Shown here piece after piece: positions 20,190 through 27,920 of a stretch of 64,000 bases of DNA. A model generated the notes under the pieces. That model searched no databases, was not told the DNA's origin, and was given only the letters and a program-made list of their open reading frames with translations. The number at the start of each line of letters is the position of its first letter. The stretch's first letter is position 1. This DNA is from an uncultured archaeon (GTDB taxonomy: Archaea > Thermoplasmatota > Penumbrarchaeia > JASLWR01): the NCBI GenBank assembly GCA_964342815.1, contig CAYFHS010000004.1, positions 17,238 through 81,237 on the forward strand. Direction: 5' to 3'. The position numbers were made by a program, and so were the translations under genes.

Positions 20190-20600
20190 AATATACTTGT
20201 ACATATTAATGGTATTTTCAGGAGGATCAATTCCGTTTTCAACCATCCATTTACGTATCTCTTCCCAGTATTCATGGAAAGGAATATCAACGTGACAAAT
20301 AGTCTCACATCGGCTGCAAAGTGTGCAGGTAAATATCTTCGTCATTGCCTCTTCAAGAGAAATTTTCCCTTTCCCGGTGAGGATATCGGCTATCTTTTTT
20401 CCCAGTATTTTATCGAGGAAACTGTTCTTGCTGATGAGATGTTTTAAAAGATACACCTTTCCCCGGGGGGTGAATGATTCCCAACCGGTTTCGCGGTATA
20501 TTGGACAAACAGCCTTGCAGTATCCGCATTGCAGACATGCATAGATGTCATCAAGATGAGGGGGCTTATTTCGAACGAGATCTATTTTCTCCTTTCCCAT
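20190..20600 (-). pseudogene. N-terminal 2x[4Fe-4S] part of an HdrD/GlcF-like protein, truncated
   Basis: CLQCGYCKAVCP, TPRGKV, CTLCSRCETICH. After PPENTINMYKYI the frame reads through AT-rich promoter DNA to a stop at 20007. CCG domains are missing here. Confidence 0.8.
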
Positions 20601-20611
20601 AGAGAGTCTCC

Positions 20612-22165
20612 TTACTTTTTTCCCGATTTTTTCGCTTTGGTTCCAACCTTATCTGCCAGCATCAACCTTTTCGCTATCGCCATAACATCCATTCCTATAT
20701 TCAGGGCGAAGCCGGGAACCGGTATGCCAAAACGGGTTGAATTTTCAATGAACTTTCCGGGATTCATTATGTAATGGGGATCTATTGCGGATTTAAGGTC
20801 ATCCATTAAGTAAACTCCTTTCCCCTGGATCTTCTTGAGGTTGCCGCTGAACAGCATACCGAATCCTGCAGGCCGGCCCCCCATTTTGAATGCTGCATCG
20901 GTTAATTTCTTGACCAATGCCATAGATACCATCCCCTTGATGAGTTTGTGCTCGTTGGGAATTGCATAGGTCATAAATAAAGCCGTATTCGGATCAACCA
21001 CAGTGCCAACCACCGCTCCATTCATCTTCAGTTTTTTCAGAACACGCGCTGAGCGTTTTGCCATTTCGCCGAATTTTGAGATCGGACAGAAACTTTCGCC
21101 AAGGATGAAACCGGGACCAAGACGCCGAGATCTAGCTTCGAAGTATCGCTCACTCCATTCATGGTCGGCAAACTTTTTCTTCTGTTTTACCCCACCATTC
21201 TCTTTTATGATCTTGTCTGCGATCTTTTCCTCGATATCGATTATCTTGGTGTTGCCGCTATAAACGACACTGATGACGGCCCCCACTTTCGGTGCATCTT
21301 TTTCCAGCTTCCGCATCAAGTCGAAATGCGGTCCGTCAAGGAAAGCTATGTGATATGGAGTAATGTCGCTTCTCGTCAGAGCGTTTATCGCATCATTTGC
21401 CTTTTCTAGGCTGGGAAATACAAAAGCAGTAGGTCTAATCTCTTCCGGGGCAGGGAAGATTTTCAGAGTTATCTTGGTCAGGACCGCAAGGGTTCCCTCC
21501 GAACCAACGAGCAACCGGGGAAGGTCGTATCCCGAGGAGTTGCTCATAATGTTCTTGCACCCGGAGGAAACAATGGTACCATCGGGCAACACGAATTCCA
21601 GAGATCGGATGAGGCTGTCTATCCCGCCGTATTTATATGACCCGATTCCCACGCCGCCTGTATTCACCCACCCACCAATGCTCGCACCGGGAGCGCTGCT
21701 TGGATGGGCCGCCACCAATAAGCCCTTGACCAAAAACTTATCGTAAAGGGATTTCCAGTTAACCCCCGGTTCCACCGTAACGAAGAGATCTTCCTTGTTG
21801 ATTTCCAATATCTCCTGCATGCCGTCCATATCCAGAACAATCCCGCCAAATGCCGGAACTGCGCCTCCAAACGCCCAGGAAGCCCCTCCTCGAGGAGTCA
21901 CCGGAATATTTTCCTTCGTGGCAAGCTTCATAATACGGGATACATCCTTGACGTTGCGGGGCTTAACCACCACGTCGGGAACAGTTTTAAACATCAAGGA
22001 CATTTCTTTAGGCAATGGGGCAAGATCATGACTGTAGAGAATGCGGTCAAGGTTAGTTTCACTAACGTTCTTCTCACTCACAATTGATGCTAATTTTTTA
22101 TATAATTTGGAGTTTGATCCCGTTTTTTTGGAATTGTCCGATTCAATCTTCGTTTCATCTGACAT
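20612..22165 (-). CDS. FAD-binding oxidoreductase, VAO/PCMH (GlcD/D-LDH-like) family
   Basis: PDVVVKP, PVTPRGGAS, VEPGV, SIGGWV, LVGSEGTLAVLTKITLK, IDPHYIMNPGK. Confidence 0.88.
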   Translation of the reverse strand: MSDETKIESDNSKKTGSNSKLYKKLASIVSEKNVSETNLDRILYSHDLAPLPKEMSLMFKTVPDVVVKPRNVKDVSRIMKLATKENIPVTPRGGASWAFGGAVPAFGGIVLDMDGMQEILEINKEDLFVTVEPGVNWKSLYDKFLVKGLLVAAHPSSAPGASIGGWVNTGGVGIGSYKYGGIDSLIRSLEFVLPDGTIVSSGCKNIMSNSSGYDLPRLLVGSEGTLAVLTKITLKIFPAPEEIRPTAFVFPSLEKANDAINALTRSDITPYHIAFLDGPHFDLMRKLEKDAPKVGAVISVVYSGNTKIIDIEEKIADKIIKENGGVKQKKKFADHEWSERYFEARSRRLGPGFILGESFCPISKFGEMAKRSARVLKKLKMNGAVVGTVVDPNTALFMTYAIPNEHKLIKGMVSMALVKKLTDAAFKMGGRPAGFGMLFSGNLKKIQGKGVYLMDDLKSAIDPHYIMNPGKFIENSTRFGIPVPGFALNIGMDVMAIAKRLMLADKVGTKAKKSGKK

Positions 22166-22235
22166 AATAACTCATTCTCCCGCTAACGATAGAAAATAGA
22201 TAAAATCCAAGGTTATTTTTGGAAAATAACTGACT

Positions 22236-22664
22236 TTATAATAGCGCTTTCTTTTCCGCGATTTCTTTCTTCATCCAGCTTTCGAATCCAGGTCCGGTTT
22301 TCATTAGATTGCCCAGTTCGTCATCGAGGTCTTCGGGGCTGATCTTCAAAATCCATCCTTCTCCATAGGTGTCTTCGTTTATCAAACTCGGTTCGTCTTC
22401 CACATCCTCGTTAACCTCATCGATCTCTCCACTTATCGGTGAGTAGATCTTTCCGGTCCATTTTCCGCTGCTGATGGTTCCCAATGGTTTGTTCTGGGAA
22501 ACTTCATCCTCTTCCTCCAGCGTGATGACACGCTTGATGGTTCCGGCCATTTTCTGGGCAAAATCAGTAACGCCTACCACAACAAGGCCATCTTCGACAC
22601 GAGCCCAGCAATGTTCCTTATGGTAATACAAGTCGTCAGGGAAATTATATTCGTCGATTTTCAT
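22236..22664 (-). CDS. Glycine-cleavage H-like / LbpA-like lipoyl carrier protein
   Basis: YHKEHCW, VGVTDFAQKMAG, ISSGKWTGKIYSPISGEI, INEDTYGEGW with the lipoyl Lys conserved. Confidence 0.9.
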   Translation of the reverse strand: MKIDEYNFPDDLYYHKEHCWARVEDGLVVVGVTDFAQKMAGTIKRVITLEEEDEVSQNKPLGTISSGKWTGKIYSPISGEIDEVNEDVEDEPSLINEDTYGEGWILKISPEDLDDELGNLMKTGPGFESWMKKEIAEKKALL

Positions 22665-22700
22665 GTAATCTATCCTCCGATTTTCGGTATTATATGATAT

Positions 22701-22739
22701 TAATTTATAACTTTCGGTTATATTGTTAACGAGCGTTAA
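22701..22739 (-). promoter_or_regulatory. TATA box and two palindromes upstream of the lipoate operon
   Basis: Minus-strand TTATAAAT about 40 bp upstream of the ATG. TATAAC-N5-GTTATA at 22706-22722 and TTAACG-N2-CGTTAA at 22726-22739. Confidence 0.45.
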
Positions 22740-23003
22740 GGTTTATGGAGACACGCATGGCACGGTTAATTATTTACGGCTGATATTTGTTTTTCAATCC
22801 TTGTGGAAATCTTGTCAGATTTGGAGCTAATCTGTTTTTTCGAATGATTGAAGTAACTGGTAAATGGAACTTTTGAGGGCCGTACGAAAATTCAAATGGT
22901 AAGCTTGGCAAACCTAATTTCATTATAGCACTATTACAGAGACCCTCGTAGACGAAACTGTAAAATATATTCAGCTTATTTACTCCTTGTGGGAAGTGAG
23001 ACA

Positions 23004-24109
23004 ATGGAATGTCCTCAAACAAAGAAAGGCATCAAGATAATTCCCGTGGTACTGGTGCTGGAAATAATTGCCACTATAATATTAATGCTCGTTGTGAATT
23101 CGATCTGGTCTGATTACGCCCAGGAAATAGCCGGATACGGATTTGATATTCAGGATGACGAGGATGGGCTGGAGGTTTCCCAGGAAATAGTGGATGATAC
23201 TTTCGATCGGGTCGATAAGACCCAGACCGCAAGCATGATCTATTTTTTGGTGGAGATTGCACTAGCACTGATATTAATATACGGTTCCTATCTGATATAT
23301 GAGGAAAGCAAAAAATTTGGTTCCCAGCACAGTGAAAAAACAAAATGGGGATTGGCCATGGTCGGATTTTTTGGTGTTACTGTGCTCATACAGCTCGTGG
23401 CCGGGGGAGCTGTGGATCGGCGATTTTGGGTTATATGGGCCTGTCATCCTTGGCTGTGGGTTTGGTGTTCTTGATATACCACCTGGCTTCCGAAAGCGAT
23501 CTACTGAAATTGAAGATAGCTGCCGGAATATTGTGTGTCATGGCCTTCCTGAACCTCTTTCTTTCCCCCTTATTCGGCTTGGGGACATTTGTGCTGCTTA
23601 CGTTCCTTTGCGGTTATATTTTGATGATCGTCGGTTATGCATTAACCTTAAAGAAACTCGAGGAGGAATATCCTGATGCAGCAAAGCCCGAGAAGCCTGC
23701 GGAAGAGAAAAAACCAGAGGCCGAAGTGTCAGCTGGAATTGCTCCGGAAAAGAGTGAAATTATCGAAAAAGAGAAGCCCGCAATCCCTGATAAGGAGAAA
23801 GGACTGGACCTCGCGGCATATGATATCCCTGATCTAAAGTTGAAAGAGAAAGGACTGATACCTCTAGGTGAAAAGGTGGAAAAGATTCTTGACGAGAAGG
23901 TGGATGGAAAGTTGGGACTGGTTGATGAATTTTGTGCAAAGTTCGGCATATCGAATTACCATGCCCGGCTGCTTCGTGATGCTGATTACGGAAAGGTGGA
24001 AGACCTGGAGGACGCCATCATTGAGGACCTGATAATGATCGAAGGAATTAATCCTACTGTTGCAAGGAAGATAGTCAGTTATTTCAAGAAAGATTCATTC
24101 GAGTTTTGA
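23004..24109 (+). CDS. Multi-pass membrane protein with C-terminal helix-hairpin-helix domain, frameshifted at G5 (23403-23407)
   Basis: One extra G joins ORF 22989..23474 to ORF 23345..24109 (QLVAGGSCGSAILGY). C-terminus GISNYHARLL..EDL..IEGINPTVARKI is HhH-like. Confidence 0.7.
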
Positions 24110-24131
24110 TAAGAATAAATTTCAGCAGTGA

Positions 24132-24659
24132 TCACATTCCTAAAATTACTGCAATATCCTCGATGGTCAATCTCCCATTGTTCATCTTCTTAAGGTGTCT
24201 GAGAACTTGATTCCGCTTATAATACAGCGATAAAAACCACATGGGTCCTATACACAGAAGGGCCAGAAAAATTATTATGCTGATGGTTTTTCCCTGGTAA
24301 TGCAGATTGATAGGAAAGGAAATGAGATCCCCAATCAAGATTGATATACCGTACAGCCTTATGGCCCGGTGGATTTCCGATGTCTTGAGAACGACATATG
24401 GGTACAATCCCACGAGAATAACCGCCAAAATGGCTAAAATTATCGCCAGAACGAGGTAAATAAGATCATCCAGGCTCTTATCATATTTAAAATTCATAAC
24501 TGCGAGAATTATGAAAATGATGACAATGGGGGATAGAAAACTCATTAAAAACTGAGTTTCTTTTTCCTCATTTTTCAATGCAGTCTGAATGATCGCTTTA
24601 TCGATCAATGCATCGATTACTTCCGGAGCAAGCTGTTGTTCTATTTTACTATTTTCCAT
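24132..24659 (-). CDS. Hypothetical membrane protein (about 4 TM)
   Basis: Four hydrophobic segments in an AT-rich ORF; start uncertain. Confidence 0.6.
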   Translation of the reverse strand: MENSKIEQQLAPEVIDALIDKAIIQTALKNEEKETQFLMSFLSPIVIIFIILAVMNFKYDKSLDDLIYLVLAIILAILAVILVGLYPYVVLKTSEIHRAIRLYGISILIGDLISFPINLHYQGKTISIIIFLALLCIGPMWFLSLYYKRNQVLRHLKKMNNGRLTIEDIAVILGM

Positions 24660-24901
24660 GTATAAGATCCCGTAATAATTATGCAAATCCAGGATGCTGG
24701 AATTATCCTTACTTTTAACTTCGGTTCCGCCCGATAGATCTTCATTCTCACTCGATTCCCGATAATTTAATTGAGGTACTAAATACTTCGTATTATTATT
24801 AAAGCTCTTGCCTGGGGTGGCTGAAAAAATGAAATACTGGTGACAACTTTGTCTACTTCATGCAGTATAATGGAATATTATTCCAACACAAATTGGTCCC
24901 C

Positions 24902-25192
24902 TTAAATTTTTTTCGAACCCGAGCTATTTTGAAATTTTCCCTCACTTGATAGCATAACTTCAAACCAACCCTTGGCGCCAGGAGCTGGTGGACAGATTTC
25001 TCTTCATTCTAAGTATTTGTCCTCATCAATACAATCCATTATTAAGATGAATTCATCTTTGCCTTTTGGAAAGTAAATATCATTGAAGACTACACCGTCC
25101 ACTTTTAATGGGGTTTCTCTCAGATGGACCAGGAGATTTTCCAATTCACTTGAATCCTTTATATTGTATTCGAAGTGTTTTAAAATAATCAT
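24902..25192 (-). pseudogene. Small hypothetical protein interrupted by in-frame TGA (25004-25006)
   Basis: GAGGTG RBS. The frame continues past the TGA as REICPPAPGAKGWFEVMLSSEGKFQNSSGSKKI to a TAA at 24902. Confidence 0.5.
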
Positions 25193-25216
25193 TCACCTCA
25201 CTCCAAATTGGACGGT

Positions 25217-27067
25217 TTAAAATTCCCGACATTCATTCTTCAATGTTGATTGAACTATACAGCATAATTCGTTCTTATTTTTTGCTTTGATCCATCTTTT
25301 CTCGAAATCGATTTTTTCCAGGATTTGGACCATCCACATAAGCGAATGAAGATAAAAACTCTGCTCATCAGGTGAAGAAACGACGATAAATGCAGCATGT
25401 ACTGGTGGAGACTTTTCAGAAAAAACCGCTCCCTTCTTGGTCCTGACTATTACGATCTCAAATTTATTGCGGCCTTTGATATGAAAAGAAATGAGCGCAC
25501 CGCCGGGTCTTACTATGATATTGGAATCCTTTTCTCGTTTCATTAAAAGTCCATATAGCTTTTTTTCGCTCATTTTGAGCCGTTTTGCAAGACGCTTTGA
25601 TACGTTTCTCGCGAAATCCGCAGGCGCCACGAAGTAATCGAGGTCAAGTATCTCGCAATTCTTAATTTTTTCTTCAAATCTGGCTTCCGTGACATTATCT
25701 CTCTCGATCAGTATTTCTCTCAACTCTTCATCCAGGACGTGATCTCTTTTAGCCCTGATAACCCTTTCAAGAACGTGCAAAAGGGCATATTCCCGCTTGA
25801 TCTTCCCGCGGGAGTAAATAAAATACCAGGTTAGTGCGCATACGATGAAAATACCGGTTATCATGAGTGGAATACGCCCCATCTCGAAAACCAGAAAACC
25901 CATGCCTAGAATCCCTATTATTTGGGCCCAGGGATAGAATGGTGCTTTGAACTTGGGTTTGTAATGCTTTCTGTTGCTTTCACGCATGAAGATCAGTGAC
26001 AGGTTTGCCAGTATGAAAAGGAGAAGTTTTAGGGTGGATGCTGTTTTTACGAAATTCTCGAGGTCCAGAAAAAGGATTACCGAGATCATGAATCCAGTTG
26101 TAAAAATAATCGAGAACCACGGGGTACCGCGTCGGGATACCTTTGTAAAAACACGGGGCAGCAGCTCATCCTTTCCCATTGCCATGGGATCGCGTGATGC
26201 TGCCAATATCCCGGCATTTCCCGTGGAAACGAAGGCCAGGAATGCCGCGATACTCATTATAAGAAGACCGAAAAGACCCATTGAAGCCTCTCCGCCCAAG
26301 GATATTGGCATGAAGGAAGACCGAAGGTCTCCTGCATCGACAAGACCAATCGTTATGAAAATAACCGAAATATATAGCAGGGATACAATACCCCAGGAAA
26401 GGAACATTCCCAACGGGAGATTCCGACCTGGGTTCTTCACCTCTCCCGCAACCGCAGCAATCTTCGTTGTTCCTGCAAACGCCACAAACACCAGTCCCGC
26501 CGTTGCAAAAATAGAATCGATACCTTCTGGAGCAAAATGAGTAAATCTTGAAAGCTCAACCGAAAAGGCACCAATTATGATGTAAAGTCCGAGTAATGTG
26601 ATGAGAGAAATAACTAAATACGTCTGGATCTTTCCCGCAAGTTTGACCCCGATAATATTTATCACGGCAAATATCAAACAACAAGCCACTGCAATGAGCT
26701 TAATCTGAAACATAGTAAAACCGGGATTGAACAACACCACGAATAAACCGATTCCCAGCAGGGCGAATGCGGTTTTGAACGCCAGAGAAAGCCATGCCGC
26801 CAAACCACCTATGGTACCCATCATAGGGCCCATACTTCTATCGGTAAAGAAAAAGATACCGCCGGTCTTTGGCATAGCCGTGGTCAATTCAGCTTTCGAT
26901 AGAACGGTGGGTATGATCAGCATGCTGGCAATGGCATATGAGATGATGACCGAGGCTCCGGTTTTTGCAAATGCGATGGCGGGGAGTACAAATAAACCAG
27001 AGCTGATCATTGCGCCAGATGCGACACAAAAGACCTCCAGTAGCCCCAGTTCCTTTTTTAACCTCAT
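25217..27067 (-). CDS. APC-family amino acid permease with C-terminal PTS EIIA-like domain
   Basis: GAMISSGLFVLP, AELTTAMPKTGG, AFAGTTK..AGEVKNPGRNLP, about 12 TM; C-terminal RE..S..PG..F.I..R..G.F...PV pattern. Confidence 0.88.
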   Translation of the reverse strand: MRLKKELGLLEVFCVASGAMISSGLFVLPAIAFAKTGASVIISYAIASMLIIPTVLSKAELTTAMPKTGGIFFFTDRSMGPMMGTIGGLAAWLSLAFKTAFALLGIGLFVVLFNPGFTMFQIKLIAVACCLIFAVINIIGVKLAGKIQTYLVISLITLLGLYIIIGAFSVELSRFTHFAPEGIDSIFATAGLVFVAFAGTTKIAAVAGEVKNPGRNLPLGMFLSWGIVSLLYISVIFITIGLVDAGDLRSSFMPISLGGEASMGLFGLLIMSIAAFLAFVSTGNAGILAASRDPMAMGKDELLPRVFTKVSRRGTPWFSIIFTTGFMISVILFLDLENFVKTASTLKLLLFILANLSLIFMRESNRKHYKPKFKAPFYPWAQIIGILGMGFLVFEMGRIPLMITGIFIVCALTWYFIYSRGKIKREYALLHVLERVIRAKRDHVLDEELREILIERDNVTEARFEEKIKNCEILDLDYFVAPADFARNVSKRLAKRLKMSEKKLYGLLMKREKDSNIIVRPGGALISFHIKGRNKFEIVIVRTKKGAVFSEKSPPVHAAFIVVSSPDEQSFYLHSLMWMVQILEKIDFEKRWIKAKNKNELCCIVQSTLKNECREF

Positions 27068-27367
27068 GACACAACCGTTCCGGGTTTTGACACATCACTT
27101 GTACTTTATAATATTAATGTGTCTTTTGCCGTATTTCACTTCTCCGATTTGTCATACTGGAAGAATATAAGTTATTATTATGTATATAAAACATGGAAGC
27201 AATACAAGAATTTCGGATATAACTCCTTAATCGTTAACTTCTTTCCCATTCTCTATTGAGAGAATAACGTCAATCCTTCTTGTTGTTTGGAACACTGTTT
27301 TCCGTCTCTTCTTAATTTTTCATTATGATATTTATACGTATTATTTTTAAGCGAATAAATAATCAAC

Positions 27368-27560
27368 TTGCACTTCCGCTCATGCGAAAATGGGTCGTTA
27401 TAAATGCCATATCGCTAGTTGGGATACCAAGTGGGGAGTGCGGTAATCCCTTGACTAGATGAGACCCCATAGCCTATATTGACAAGTAAAGGTGACCCCT
27501 ACTGGCTCACCAAACTTGTCAAGTGGTGACTTTACAAGTATGGTGCGCTTGTTTTCAAGT
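27368..27560. other. Candidate structured RNA/DNA element
   Basis: Nested stems CTAGTT-GGGATACC/GGTAATCCC-TT-GACTAG (27415-27458) and TTGACAAGT-GGTGA/TCACC-ACTTGTCAA (27479-27522). Five CAAGT motifs. No long ORF. Confidence 0.4.
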
Positions 27561-27860
27561 CCCTAGATAAACCTTTGGTGTGAGAAAAAGGGCAATTATC
27601 ACACAAATCGTAAGTATTATTAAGAAGATGAAATCCAAATATTTATTTTTTCCATAAAGTAATACGAATACACCTCCTAACATAATTCCAACAATTCCAA
27701 TGTTTATTATTTTTGGATAATCCTCTCTTGAATTATTAACGGTACCCTCCCCATTTTCACCTATTCTCATTTTATACAGTGTATATGGGAGAACGAGAAC
27801 CATTATGGCTAGAATAAGATATAATATTCTAAATAACCAAGCTCTATTTCCTTCCTTCAT
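27555..27860 (-). CDS. Small hypothetical membrane protein (3 TM)
   Basis: Three hydrophobic helices; AT-rich. Confidence 0.6.
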   Translation of the reverse strand: MKEGNRAWLFRILYLILAIMVLVLPYTLYKMRIGENGEGTVNNSREDYPKIINIGIVGIMLGGVFVLLYGKNKYLDFIFLIILTICVIIALFLTPKVYLGT

Positions 27861-27920
27861 CCCTATCGCCTTTTTTTCATGATACAATGTAAACGTAGTC
27901 TCCCGTTGGTCAAATTCCCC

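Noticed and set aside
20007-20190. C-terminal about 60 aa of ORF 20007..20600 as genuine protein
   Set aside because: AT-rich readthrough across promoter repeats of the next gene, with no resemblance to CCG domains.
11143-22664. Calling the H-like proteins a glycine cleavage system
   Set aside because: No gcvT, gcvP or lpd in the window, and the carrier motifs are non-canonical. These genes could still exist elsewhere in the genome.
27381-27470. Hammerhead ribozyme (CGAAA ... CTAGATGAG)
   Set aside because: The CUGAUGA core is not intact and the A15.1-U16.1/stem III pairing fails.
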